Part shown: positions 1 through 13,513 of the stretch, in pieces
Numbering within the stretch: the stretch's first letter is position 1
How the letters are laid out: every line of letters starts with the position of its first letter
Assembly: GCA_047495785.1 (NCBI GenBank)
Contig: JBLDXI010000024.1
Span: 3,720,001-3,784,000 of the forward strand
From: Lepidodermella squamata
Lineage: Eukaryota; Animalia; Gastrotricha
DNA: 64,000 nucleotides
Direction of reading: 5' to 3'
Position numbers and translations under genes: made by a program
The notes under the pieces: model-generated
Databases searched by the model: none
What the model saw: the letters and a program-made list of their open reading frames with translations, nothing else
Told to the model about the DNA's origin: nothing

Positions 1-105
1 TAAGGTGTTTTTAATGTAAAATCTATTGCCAGGTAGCTCTTATTAAACACCTTTTGCTCTCCATTGTTGCACACCTCTTCGGGCGTTGCTCGCTGTTTTT
101 TCAGT

Positions 106-499
106 CCTCCAGTTTATCGGTCGTGAAGGTCAAGTGACTGTTTTTTGCTCAGCCTATCAACTGCTGGAACTGTACTAAAACGTCCCATGTCTATAAAGCA
201 CTTACGTGCTTGTATGTAATCAAATGAAGTCCACAACAGATGACTTAATACTTGACATAGGATAAAACGCGGATGCTCATGTGAGAAAGAAAAACCGAGA
301 TATTGATCAAATTCAGGATTTGAGGCAAAAGTTGAGCGAACTCGAAAGGCACCGACAATGCAACATGCAACTGGACACTTGGATATTTCAACTTTCTTGC
401 TACCAAACCAAATTCGGCGAATCGAAAACACCTGTCAGCTGTCATTTTAGCCCTCGAATAGCCGTCGAAAGCCTTGAACGGCAAACCCAGATAGTATGA
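106..499 (+). CDS. possible 3' exons of an unidentified gene entering from the left edge
   Basis: Acceptor-like sites at ~105 and ~260; ORF 281-499 with a coiled-coil-like stretch (IQDLRQKLSELER). No family recognised. Confidence 0.2.
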
Positions 500-666
500 A
501 ATGAAAGGAATTCAGTAGCAAAATTCTGCAGGTGAGAGTGGTGTGTTGGCTATTTCGGTGCAAGCCGACTATGATGACTCATAGCAGCAAATGACAACGA
601 GCTTGATGAAACAGGCAGTTTCAATTTTTTTTAGCCGAAAATCACAATAAATATATCCAAAATTAT

Positions 667-1158
667 ACGTGATGGAAGTTGGCGAACCCTTTTTGAAAAA
701 ACCTTAGCGAACCATAGCTAACTCGGTCCAAAAGTTTGTGTCACTCGATATTGTTCATGTGTTAGACTCAACACATCTAATGAGATAGGCCACAAGATGG
801 TCGACCATACCCAGACCTGGTCGGCTGGGGGTGGTCGGCCAACTTCCATTTTCAGGCCAAAAATGGAAGTTGGCCGACCACATTTAGCTTACAATTTATT
901 AAAACTTCAGCGAACCATAGTAAAACGGGGCCAATTGTTTGTGTCACTCGATATTCCTCATATACAAGTCCTGACACATTTAATGGTATCAAGTATAGAT
1001 TGGTCGGCCACACCCAGACCTGGTCGGCTGAAGTTGGTCGGCTAACTTCCATTTTCAGGGCCAAAATGGAAGTTAGCCGACCAATTTTAGCCGACAGCTG
1101 TGTCAATGAATTCTTTGGATGTGTCAAGTCACCACCTTTCAGAAAATATATTGTGTCA
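667..1158 (+). repeat. left TIR of the MULE, with ~200-bp internal direct repeats and palindromes
   Basis: Reverse complement of 5531-6022; mirrored ORFs 797-1045/5644-5892 and 852-1127/5562-5837 translate identically. Confidence 0.95.
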
Positions 1159-1280
1159 GGGTTGAATTGGGATAAGATCCACTAAACATTTATTCGATTA
1201 TAACTCCTCGGCAACGTATTTCACACTCTTCCAACGACGCTATATAATCACAATCGACACTTGTGGACACTTTTGGAAAA

Positions 1281-4200
1281 TTATTTTTTCATTGATACGA
1301 CCGGCTCGTAGTGATTTCCACTAAGACGCAGGTAGATGGAGCGGCCATCGTTAGCTGCCGATGCAGCGGATATACCATCAAGCCAGTTGGGCTGGCTCGA
1401 GGGACCAAGGCGCTTCCACGCCCACAGTTCGTTGGAAGTGGAGGCAGCGGTTTCATTGCCATAGATAAATATTGGCACCGCGAAAATGTCGGAGATGGCC
1501 TGGAGCTCAATGTACCGGCCGTACGTTGTCGGAAGCCGCATCTCCTTCTGCTCCACCCATAGACCGCCGTTGTTGGCATATTTAGGCTTAAGTAGGGGCG
1601 AACCTTCGCGAACAACGTGGTCGCAAACAAAGTTACGAAGCTGGAAAAAATTGAAACTCTATAAAAGGAGAAGCATGTGAAACAAAATACCAATATGTTG
1701 AAGTAGCGGTCTTTGAACGGATCACAGCCGAACAAGAAGAAGGCAACCGCCTGAAAAAGGCAAGAGCCTGTGGCCTGGGTTTGCAGGAAACGGACAGGTT
1801 CCTGAAGAATAGGGTGACTGGTCGGCTCCATTTTCTCGAGGTCAGCGTTGATAGTAATTTTTCGCTTGACCGCCATCAGCTTTACCGCGAGTTCCTGCAG
1901 CAACCGACCGGCTGGCCAAAAGGTGAAGCATGCGCGAAGAGTGTAGTCGCTTCTCGTCGGAGAAATCGGAGATACCACCCGCATTGATTTTGCAGTCTTC
2001 CGACCTATTGGGCTGTCTTCTCGCTCGGGCGTTTTAATGTTCGACGAGCTGCTAGCCGTTGACTCGGATTTCTCCCTTTTACGAGATTTTCTAGCAGTTG
2101 CATTCTTCAACTTTGGTTCAGCCGCAGTCTTCCGTGGGCGACCTCGGCCACGCTTGACCAGTTTTGGCGGTTCAATTGCCGTCGTCATTGGATCGAGAGC
2201 TACGTGGGCAGATGATATACGAGCTGAATCATTTGATAGTTCAAGAGTAGGTAGCGTTGAATCCTGGAGAATATGAGTGAATACAGGAGGTTTTGAAATC
2301 TTCAATTCAAAAGCTACTTACCATGGGTTGTTTCGAGTCCTCTGACATGAGAAAAGAAAGCGAAACATGTGACGAGTTTTGCGAAGCGATCAATTTTTTC
2401 TTCTCCTGTTCTTTTCGGCTGTACTTTTCCGCCATTCGCTTCAAGAATTGCCCGTCGAGACCCAACGATTTCTCAAGACCACGTCGAGGTAAGTGAAGCG
2501 CACCAGCTGTTTTCTTGGATCTACGCTCCCATTCGGCAGTGGTAGTTTCGGGAATCGGAATAGACTCGCCATTTTTCTTCGACTTGGTTTCCTTTTTCGC
2601 TGGGGCTAATCGTTTTTCGAGCCATTTTTCAGCTTGCTTGGGATCTGATTTGGTGAGCCTGTAAGCACGACGTGCGGCGCCAAAAATTGTCTTCTGTACC
2701 GAGCGAATGAATTGAGCTGGCGTATCATTAACCTTCTCGCAAATTTGGCCCTTCAATGTGCCCATCCATGACTCGACCGCGCTCTGATGCAAACGGCCGT
2801 TTGTGGAAGGAAAGGTGCCTTTGATGTAAATAGCCGACCAGAGAGGAAACATCGCCATGAACTGGGGAGATCTCAGAAGAATATTGACGACTTTTGGCTC
2901 AAAGTATGGATTTTTTTCATGCGCCGAGAATTTCTCAAGCTTGAGCATCGTTTCATCACAAACCCGCTGAAATAATATAGCAAATTTTGACTGATTGACG
3001 TACGACTTGGGCACTTGCTCTGCTTCTTCGGGCATTTCCTCATCTGAGGTCGGCTGCGGATCGTTCTTCTCCTCAGCGAATATCGTCTTGGTAGTCTCAT
3101 CTGCAATTTCATTCCAAATGGTTTCGATTTTGGTCAATGATTTCTTCACAGCAGGTGTCAAATCTTTCGAGTTGAAAATGGTCACAACACACTTCCATGC
3201 CGCTAGCACGGCTTTCTTCGACAAGACCCCTTGAAGGACACCGTAGCAGTCCAGTGCTTCATGGCGAACAAGCTTGTCTGTAATTCCACGCTTGGACATA
3301 AGACGGGACAAGTCCTTCACGTGATGATTGATGCAGAGAAATACCATTGTTGCGGTTATCACCGCTTTGATGAGCTCGTCCAAACCAGCGGCCTCCCACA
3401 TTTGAAACATTTTGTGAAGGTAGCTCAGCAAGTCGGAACTTTTGGTGAAAACCCTGATGCAGGCGTTGATCTCTGCGAAGCAACAGTCAGTGAGAGTGGC
3501 TCGAGGCATCCTCGCAGTTGGGTGAAGCTTTATCAGCTTTGTTTTCCAGAAATTCAGAAAAAACTCAATACGGCACATTTCTTGCGAGCAAGTAAGCATT
3601 TCGCCAACGGGCACTTCAATTGATTTACCGTTGCAAGTCACAAGCAGTAGTGCATAGTACATGATGCGTTTCAAGGTATCTGGGTCGATCTTACAAATTC
3701 TGCCAGTCGCGTCAAGTGACAAAATTTGATAACCGTTCAGGTAGGCGTCAAAGTAGAGGTGCTGCTGTAGCTCGTACCACAGAAATACTCCGAATTCCGA
3801 TTGCTGGAATATATGAAAATGAATAGATCAACAAAAGCTGCAATATTCCGGTGAAAATCAAAAAGCAAGAGAGGTTCAAGAAAAACGTACGATATATTCT
3901 CTAATATATTGCATGTTGCCAGAATCTTTGTGCTCTTTGGTGAGTAGACGCATGTCTGCATAAGGACAGGTATCAAGCCGGCCTCCTATAATTTGCATCC
4001 TATATTAATTCTGAATTGTGAATATCTCCATGATAAATTACCCAAATTATTCATTTCCGAGTTGATTTTGTTGAGAACCTCTTTGCTTGGCACCTGGGAA
4101 AAATTTCCTGCTGATGTCATTGCCCCATCAGCATCGCACTCGGCATCTCTACTGATTTTAAACGCCGATTTCTTCTTCAGCTCTTCAGCCAACGTCATCC

Positions 4201-4961
4201 TTTTTTGGCCCTTGATTGGTAGTCGGACTTCAACACCTTCTGGATGACAGTATTCGCCTGTGTAATTAATAAACCTAGTTATCACAGCTAAGGGTCAGAT
4301 TTAATTTAAATTACCGAACAATTCGACCTTGAACTCTAAATTGCCTTCAGAATTAGGCGCCGTCGTGTCGACGTAGATACCAAAGGTTCGTTTGCAAGTT
4401 GGTACTATTAAAGCCTATGATATGGCTATCTCGGAAAAACATAGATTCTCGCTTACTTTTACATTTCCCTCCTAACACCGATGCAATCCCATCCTCGTTC
4501 GCAATGTTTGATTTGAATGTCGGCAAACATTTTTCTGCCAAATTAGACATCATCGAGTCCCTCAAAATGTTTGACCACTGCCCTTTACGAAATCGCCATC
4601 GCGGCCGTTCACCTCTCAGTTCCAATTCGAAATCCTTCGAATCAGGAACAGGCAAAACAAAAGTTGGGCCAGTGGGAGCTGGAATTGAGAAGTCCGTTTT
4701 GCACCCTAGTTCGCGATAATATCTCATGTAGGTTCGCTGACGAAGTAAGTGGGTCGGCTTGACGCGAAATAGAATTTTCGCGGCTTGGTCCCAATATCCA
4801 AAAGGGTCGGAGTGGTCTGCAGAGATTACATGGTTCATAATGATTGAAAAGCAAGTCGTAATGACTTGAAACGTACAACTTCCCAAATCTTCCATTGCGG
4901 GTAGAAGAATGCCCCTAGATTTAAATGGCTCCAATGAGTTTAGAGCCTCAGACGCCTTCAT
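1281..4961 (-). CDS. multi-exon MULE/NOF-like DDE transposase fused to AT-hook and OTU-like cysteine protease (5' end uncertain)
   Basis: Motifs SLDATG (D1), TLTDCCFAEINA (D2), CINH (CxxH), SAVESWMGTLK (E). In-frame GT-AG introns 2264-2321 and 1641-1690 join the AT-hook KRGRGRPRK and the OTU motifs ATGSCLFQAVA...YGRYIELQAIS...LSGNHYEPV. Confidence 0.85.
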
Positions 4962-5530
4962 ATCTTCTTGATTTTAACAGCTAAAATTGGCAGCTTATTA
5001 CAGATTATATTAATCTAACATCATATTAACAGCCAGATAACTGGAAACAATCAATGCAGAGATAAATCGATTACCTATTGGTCCGATTAACCTAATAAGA
5101 TCTGAGCAAGTTGACAAATCGGGCAGAAGCTCCCGCTGCCCCTCCTCGGGATGTTGCCATTTTCCAAGTCAAAATCAAATTATAAAAAAATGTGTAACAA
5201 CCGGGAAAATGTCCAGGGCGTTGAGCAAGTAAATCGTGAAGTAGTGGCAGCTAGTTTCATGTTTTAGATCAGGCCTAATGGCTATCGAAAATCGGCTAAA
5301 AATGACGAGAGATATAGGAATAACGGCAGATAGGCTTTAACAGTTCGTAAATAGAAATAAATATAGTACAGTATAGCATGCGGATGAATTGCAATTGATG
5401 ACAAATGAACGCGTGCTTACTTTTTTATTTATTGATTTTTTTTATGAGAGTTCATCATTTTGGTTCGTAGAATACTATACATTTTTTCAATCACCAAGTA
5501 GTGGCTTCTCAGGGAATGTTACCTTCCCTA

Positions 5531-6022
5531 TGACACAATATATTTTCTGAAAGGTGGTGACTTGACACATCCAAAGAATTCATTGACACAGCTGTCGGCT
5601 AAAATTGGTCGGCTAACTTCCATTTTGGCCCTGAAAATGGAAGTTAGCCGACCAACTTCAGCCGACCAGGTCTGGGTGTGGCCGACCAATCTATACTTGA
5701 TACCATTAAATGTGTCAGGACTTGTATATGAGGAATATCGAGTGACACAAACAATTGGCCCCGTTTTACTATGGTTCGCTGAAGTTTTAATAAATTGTAA
5801 GCTAAATGTGGTCGGCCAACTTCCATTTTTGGCCTGAAAATGGAAGTTGGCCGACCACCCCCAGCCGACCAGGTCTGGGTATGGTCGACCATCTTGTGGC
5901 CTATCTCATTAGATGTGTTGAGTCTAACACATGAACAATATCGAGTGACACAAACTTTTGGACCGAGTTAGCTATGGTTCGCTAAGGTTTTTTCAAAAAG
6001 GGTTCGCCAACTTCCATCACGT
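5531..6022 (-). repeat. right TIR of the MULE
   Basis: Reverse complement of 667-1158; followed by TSD CAAAATTAT. Confidence 0.95.
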
Positions 6023-6214
6023 CAAAATTATTTATTTGACATTTCGATAAATTAACATTGAGATCATCACGCAATAACAAGTTTTACAGTGTTTTGAGAT
6101 GAGAAAACTTCATTTTTCACAAATTATTAAATTCGCACAATTCAATAGATGAGTGACTTGAAACAATTAGTGCACGTTTTGTATTATTTTGCCGTCAAAT
6201 TTTGTGATTTTTCA

Positions 6215-9200
6215 TCAAGCGTTGCTATTGTTGCTACCACTGCTATTGTCATTCTGAATATCGGACAGGTATTTTGTAACTTCATCGTCGAGGACTCGCA
6301 TTCCGGACGTATTAACAGCCTCAGAACACATTGGACACTTTTTCTCGACTTCCACAATTCTAAAAGAAAATGAATAAATTAAACTAAAAAAAATTGTAGA
6401 AAAATTACTTGAGGAAATCGGTGAGCAAACATGGAAAGTCGCAACTAGGGCAAACGGTGAAGTCTTCTTTCGTCACGTGACGGCCCGAGGCGATGCAGTA
6501 GGGCAGGGCGTTTTTGCAGTGTTGACAAACGAGTTCCATTTCAGGAACTGGCAGGCCGCAGTTCGGACACGGCGAGTCCGGTTCGGGTTCTTCGCCCTGT
6601 TCCGGCTTGCGGACAATACCCTCGATTTTCTTGCGGTATTTCACGTCAATTTGATCGCGGTATTCCGGGCGGAGGAGTGTAGCGGCGAGATTGAAGGCCG
6701 ATTCTTTCATATTGGCCTGCTGGCACTCGATAACAGCCGTTGTTAGAATTTGAACAACATCTATTGAAACCAAAATTAGCTGCTAAGTATTTATTTTTTT
6801 AGTTTTATTCCCCCACGAATGGGGGTGAGCCGAATCCCGGAGGTACTGCAATACCGGGCCGACTCGTGGACGGGGTCCAGCAAGCTGGCTGCTCCCGCCC
6901 GGCTAGCCAAAAATAGGGCTAATATCGTAGGCCCCACATGGAGGCCGTTGTAGATATTAAACTACAAAGAACAGATACTACACTTTGATCATAGCCAAAA
7001 AGGCCGAGAAGCGATACTTAAAAATTAAAAAATTAGTGGCGCCGTTCTGGCATTGCGCGTAGTCAAACCAGCTGGTCAATTTGCATATGCACAGCCATCG
7101 TTTCATAACCCGATAACTACCGCACACTAATTAATACTTGCGGAAGTGCGCATTGCGCAATCGCACTGAACGGACCTCGCCTTTAGCGCGTAACCTTTCG
7201 AACGCATTACGGATATGCGCGCATTTTAAAATTTTTAAAATTTGTTCGAAATTTAAAATTTTTATTCCAATTGCAAATTAATAATATATTTCTCAATTAA
7301 TAGACTTTGAATTGTTAAAGTAATCGAGAGGCCCAAATAATGCTAATTCATAAAGGTAAACCATCTGCGAATTTTGATTTGTGTCTAAGGTATGTATCCA
7401 CATCCTGTCAAACGACTCCCCTAGGGCGCTCAAGCTAACGCTGTGCCCTCACTTGATAAAAAAAAACACATGAGCACGTGAAGTTGTCTTATCAATAGAT
7501 TGGACTTACGGGCTGGAAAACGGCTGATGTAGTTGGTCGCGACGCGTTTCAACAACCGCGCACTTCTCACGTGGTCTTTCATCTTCGTATAAGACCTCGC
7601 CAGTATGTAGCTGTGCAGCACCTGCAAGCTGGTGCTCATCTCGAGAGGCACTCGATTCTTCTGACGCCGCAATTCGCGACACATCGACACCAGCACGTCG
7701 TGCGCAACACGATAGTTGCCCGCTTTCTGCTCCTCCCGCGCGATAATTACGGCAGATTTCGCCGCCTCTGGGTACTGCTTCAACGCCATGTATAACTGGA
7801 ACAAATATTTAGGGTCTTTCGGCATGCCATCAGTTTCGCCCATCAAATAATCGGTCAGTAATTTCGTCAAATTTTGATCATTCGCCTCGCCCGCTGCTTC
7901 AATCGCCAACTGAAGCGCGTCCTCAGAGTTGGCTAGCTGGCCACTAGCTGCCCCGCCGATATCGTGGGCCTTCAACAAATGCTTCACAGCCCTGTCGTAT
8001 TGCTGGGCCTTTCGATAAAATTTACCGGCCATCAAATAATTTCTGTCATTTTCGTAGTAAACAGCTATGCTTTGATAGTCTGAAATTGTGCCGCTATCTG
8101 ATATGACAGCAGCGTAAACGTCCATTTGATGCTGTTGCTGGGCTAATTTGAACCCCTCGTCGTTGCAATGGGACATTACCAAAAATTGAATCGCTGACGG
8201 GTAGTCGTTCAATTTCTGGAAAAATCTCGCGACTAACAACGCCCCGTCAACTGACCCGCTATCCTGAACGATTCTAACAGCTTCCTGTGGGTTTTGAAGC
8301 TTTTCCAGGTTAAGCTGGACTGCCTTGGACCACTCCTTAGCTTTTTCATAGGCTTTAGCCGCGTCCTTGTACTGTTCCTCGGCTTCCTTAGCCTTGGCGT
8401 AGTCTTTGTAGATTCGGGTCGAAGTAACGTATTCAAGAAGTTCGCGAACTTTCGCCCAGTTTTTAGCGCGGATATAAGCAGCAGCGGCTTCGTCGTAGTA
8501 AGAGGCGGTTTCGTACAACTGCCCGGCTTCGTTCCATTGTTTGAGTGATTCCAAGATGGCGGCGCAGTCTTTTTTGACGGCGCGGTTCGGCAGCTTGGCG
8601 GCTAGGGCGATGCCGCGCCGCATGTCGCCGGTTCGAATCGAAGTTCGCGCAATACCGGCTGCGCACGTTTCGTCATGCTCGCGGTACGCGGCGTCCTTTG
8701 TCAAACCTTAAAATCCAGATAAAACAAAAGTTAACATAATATTGAGTGATTTGTCGATGAATTTAAAGAAAATTTCACGAGCCGAGTCGTCCTATTTAAG
8801 CCACTGTATATCCCCCAAGCTTCATCATCAAGGCCAAAATAGTTGTCAAATTTCTCAACACTTTCACGGAAATTATTTTTTTTTCGAAAAAAAACGAATT
8901 TTTGCAGAAAAGCCACGATTCGATTATATTTTGAATTCGAAATTTTTCGATCAAATGACAATGAAGTCATCCAAAGTTGGGTTATCTTTTGAAAATCAGT
9001 AGTAAAATTTATAGATACAGTAACATTTCCGTTGACCTAGGTACATTTTTATTGCCCTCTGAATCGAAAAATTAAAAATGATCTTTCTTGACTAGTACGC
9101 AGTGATAACCAAAAGAACCGCACGGTGGGGTCGATATGACGTTTTTTTATTTCGAGCACGTGCGAGATGGGGCTGTTGTTTTGCTGGAAAACGGACCGCA

Positions 9201-12200
9201 ACTTTGCCCTTTCATGAACTCTAAAAATAGCTCAAATGAAAAATCGAGCAGTTAATGTAAGATGTGGACAAATCGAAACAATATTTTTCAATTTTTCCAA
9301 TAAATTTGATAATTTTGATGGCATCTGAATATTAATTAATACCTCATGAATATTCATATTTTTACACCTGAAATTTCTGAGTCTGTCCTAGTTACACTTT
9401 TTATTTTTGGTTGATTTGAATCCATACTTGGACCTAAATATAGTTCGGGCGGGCGCGAGATAAGTTTTGTTTCATCTCAACAAAGTCCTAACAATGCGCA
9501 ACTTCTGATTATCAATGTAAAATATCGGTGGGATATGGGAGTAGCTTTTCACATTTTCTGTGATTTTTGAGGCCAAATGAAGGAGAAATTAAAAAAATTG
9601 TTTTTAGAAAATTTACATCGATGATGAGATAACAATTTTCCAATAATTCAAGTATAATTTCGAATTGCTCAATTTTATGATCAAATTCTTACGGAATTCT
9701 TAAGGATTTAGTTCTAAAAACGGCTATCACTAAAATCACCTTTTTCAAAATGCGCCAATGCATTAGCAAAATCGCCAACAAATTCAAGTTGCTGAGCGTA
9801 TTCACGCGAAATAAACGGCAACTGATCCGGGGCAAGAGCCTTGGCCAACTGAAGCGCCTGTTCCCAGTTCAACAAATCCCGCTGCATCTCCAACGCGGCG
9901 ACTGGGCGGCTTGAGCTGAGAAACAACTGCTGGGCCAGGTCGAACTGGTCGAGGTACATGGCTAGAAAGCCGGATTTCAGACTTCTATCATCAATCGCCA
10001 AAACTTCCTCCAACGACCAAACCATACCGGCATCAGCAAGCTTGCGGAAAACCCGAATCGCAAACCCCACCTCCATTTCTTCCATAGCAACGCGGCCCAG
10101 GGTCGTCCAATGGTCTTTGTTATTCATTCGTTCGCAGATGATCCAAGCCTCGCCGAATCGCAGCAAGGAAACGGCTTTTTCGAACGATTTCAGCAGTTTA
10201 GCCGGGTCGCTCTCTTTGAATTCGTCGTCTTTAAGGTGGGTGCCCAGTCGGGTGGTTCGCACGCGGCCGTTTTGAACCTGCAGCGTGATGTCGCCGTTGT
10301 AGAGCAGAATTGGCACGAAGCCATGGGGCAGTTTAGTTCTCCCGGCGATTTGGCAATGCGGCCCTCGGATTGATTCGTTGTGGTAGACGTACGTATGAAT
10401 CAACTCGTCGTCATAGGCAACAAAGACCTTGAAATAAAATCGAGAGAAATTTAAATTTTCTTGAAATGTTTTGAACAAAAGACATAGAAAAATGGTAAGG
10501 GAAATTTTGAAAAAATCGAACAAAATAAAAAATCGCCGAGAATAGTGGCCAATAAGTATTGGAGATTTTTCGATAACTTACAGTCGATAATACCGATATT
10601 TTAGGTTTCACGCTTGATTGAACTTTTCTTGCGATTAGAAAACTTTCCTGGCATGAATAAATTCAAATGCTTCCAATTCACGCCAAAAACACATGCAAAT
10701 TTTAGAAAATTCGATTAGATTATCGGGACTATACTCCAAAACAAATGACACTAAAATAAAAGGCGCCACATTTTTTATTGTTGCGCAACGAGAAAAATCG
10801 AATTTTTTTGGCTGTTTTGGAGTAGTCCCAGATAATCAGGTAGCTAAGCAAACTTCAATTCAATTTTGAGATATTGATTAATAGGTGGTTGAAAAATAGT
10901 TCAAATGATCGAAATTGTCTAATTTACGCAAAATAATCTGAATCGAATGAGGGGAAAACAACAGGTTCAAGTTTTAAAAATTGGTCCCGAACTCAAAATA
11001 GGCGAAATAATGTCGAATATTTCCCAACCGTCACGTTAAATTTTAGCTTTTTTGACCGAACGTCCGCGGAATTTAATAAATTTCTATAAGAAATTTCTAT
11101 GAAAGAAGCGAAAAAAGTTCTGAAGAATTCAATTAATTTTCTAGAATTTTCTAAATTCATTTTCATAGGTACAGTTTCCCGAAACATAAAAAATTATTGA
11201 GAAAGCCTTTGAAAATCGATATTTCATTAGCCGAGGAAAATCGATCGAAAATTAACCTGATGATTTGAAGTCGAAGTTTCCCATAGAATAGCTCTAGTTT
11301 TCGGCGAAAATTGCGGCAATTCCAACAGCCGATCGTTCAATGGGTTATACAAAAATCCATCGCCCTTCTCGTCGATGAACACAACCATACCAGTCGCATG
11401 GTTAACAAACAGCTTAGCAATGCCGATAACATGGTGCCATTTCGACACCATAGACCACGCCTCCAGCATGAAATAATGAATCGCACCGCGATCTGTGCCA
11501 TATACGATGAAATCAGCAGTCATATCGAAGCAAGTTATCCGCGAATCACGGTGTTGTTTGTCTGGGAATAGGCGGGATTCACGGTTCTCCTCGCCCGAGC
11601 TCGACTCGCGGTTCGAGTCCTTATTAGACCCTTTACCGCCGCCCGATTTCGCCGCATTTTTCAACGAAACCATCTGCTCGATTGAATGGAGCTGAATTCG
11701 CCCGTCCAGTAGCGCCGCGGCGTAATCTGAGCTCAATTTAATCTCGTGAACTGTCCCCAGATACTCGTAAGGTCGACGTTTTTCCAACCCATTCTCGGCT
11801 AATAGGTAGAAATACGCGATGTTATTCATCCCGATCGCGACGTGGTAAGGTCCCAGGCCGACAAAAGCCGGCTCCAAATCGACATCAGCCGTTAGTGGGA
11901 CGTGGGATTTGATGACTTGATCTTCGATTGTGACCTCTTTCAACGAGGTTAGATACGCAACTCGTGTCTGCCAAACCGCGTGGAGCATAGGCAGTCTGGC
12001 CAAGAAAACGTGGACTGACCCACGAGCTGAGGCAATTGCTAGCAACTGCCCGTCGTCCGACCAAGCCACCTTATCCAGGCCATGGGTCTCTTCCTCCAGG
12101 GTGATTACAGACACAGTATCTCTCATATCGTTAACACTGTGAATTTTAACGCTGTTATCCCCAGCGGTAGCGCACAGGCCAACTGCCTGAGAAACAGCGA

Positions 12201-13253
12201 GTGATACCAAATTGTCGTGGTGAGTTTTCGTCTGAAATGATTCCTGGCCGATTTCTTTCGGGTGCGTCGATATCATGACGCAGTAACCGGCGCTGAATCC
12301 CATTATTATGTAACCATCACCGTGCCATTTGTAAGCGACCAAGGAACCGTAATGCGGTTGGAAGGCGAGTTCCAGCGGATTTTGAGGGTCCGTTAATTTA
12401 AAGAAGTACAACGTCTTACGGTTGATTATCATCGTTATCTATAACACGAAAATAAATTATTTTAGAAATTGTTTTTCGGAAGAAATCTTACGCAATTATC
12501 GCCCTGGCCCCGTGGAATGTCGGTTTTCAGCTCGGCAAATTGAACATCGGATGGGTCGCCCCTCAGCTGAGTTTGATGCACCGTATCGCCGTCGGCATTA
12601 CTCACGGTCAGCATTCGATCTTCCGATGTCAACGCTAGCAGGTTCTGGTTTGACCATGCACCTTGAGTTATACGTCGATTATGCTTGCCAATAATCGGTA
12701 ATTTCCTGGAAATCCACACAAGGTCTAAAGCTAGATTGATTCAAGGTCAAAGCTCACTTTTGAGAATGATGGCTATACAGCAGCAATGTTCCTTTGGCAC
12801 TTCCAAGTGCAAGAAGAGCAGTTGATTTTGACCAGAGTAAGCAAGTCAGTTGGTCTCTGAGGTATAAAAAAGTTTAAAATCTCTCAGTATTCCAATATAA
12901 CGCTATCTTACTTGAGACCGGATTCAATTTGATTGAGCCGTTGATTGTTAGCATTCCATAAGAAAACAGTTGACGTTTGATCGTTGGCTACTGCCAAAAT
13001 ATCGCCGTCCTTATCCCAGCCGATGCCAGAACAGCCGCCGGGTAAGCGAATCTCATCGACTTTGGTTCCATGGCGATCCCAAATTCGGACAACACAATCG
13101 CTCCTGAGAAATATTAGTACGGTAAAAATGATAGACGGAGTGAAAGAATTACCCTGTTGTAGCTATGTAATTTCCTTGACTTTTTTGCCAGCAAAATTGG
13201 GTAACGCCCTTGCCATGACTTCCCTCTTGGAGGGAAAAAAGCTCCTTCGACAT
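6215..13253 (-). CDS. WDR19: WD repeat-containing protein 19 / IFT144 (multi-exon)
   Basis: N-terminus MSKELFSLQEGSHGKGVTQFCWQKSQGNYIATTG; WD40 exons (NPLELAFQPHYGSLVAYKWHGDGYI); TPR region (ISREYAQQLEFVGD, GETDGMPKDPKYLFQLYMAL); C-terminal Zn ribbons (CPNC...LPYCIASGRH...CPMC). Confidence 0.95.
6822..7015 (-). ncRNA. U2: U2 spliceosomal snRNA (inside a WDR19 intron)
   Basis: Minus strand reads ATCGCTTCTCGGCCTTTTTGGCTATGATCAAAGTGTAGTATCTGTTCTT, then Sm site ATTTTTGG and stem-loop IV loop TATTGCAGTACC. Confidence 0.96.
10718..10837. repeat. small intronic inverted-repeat (MITE-like) element
   Basis: GATTATCGGGACTATACTCCAAAACA ... TGTTTTGGAGTAGTCCCAGATAATC form ~25-bp imperfect inverted ends. 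Confidence 0.5.
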
Positions 13254-13513
13254 TCAATTAACACCCTAAAACGAACAGAAGATATCAAAATAATTAACAA
13301 AAAATGTCGTGAATTTATTGGTTATTATTGAGTATCTTTTGTATAAAAATAAACAGTTCAGGTTAGTTATTTGCTTTGCAGAAAAATAGAGCAAAAATAA
13401 TAGTCAGTTTTGATTTTTCTCAGAATAAAATTCGAAATCTAATAAGTAACAGACAACACTGGTATAAAAACTATCACCATCGTTCAGCATCTATAATAGG
13501 CCATTCAATTTGT

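Larger units (their letters stand above)
667..6022. mobile_element. complete Mutator-like (MULE, NOF/Foldback-type) DNA transposon, 5356 bp
   Basis: 492-bp terminal inverted repeats at 667-1158 and 5531-6022; 9-bp target-site duplication CAAAATTAT at 658-666 and 6023-6031; internal DDE transposase gene. Confidence 0.93.

Noticed and set aside
797-1185. Short ORFs in the MULE TIRs (and mirrored copies at 5562-5892)
   Set aside because: By-products of the repeat structure; identical mirrored translations simply reflect the inverted repeat.
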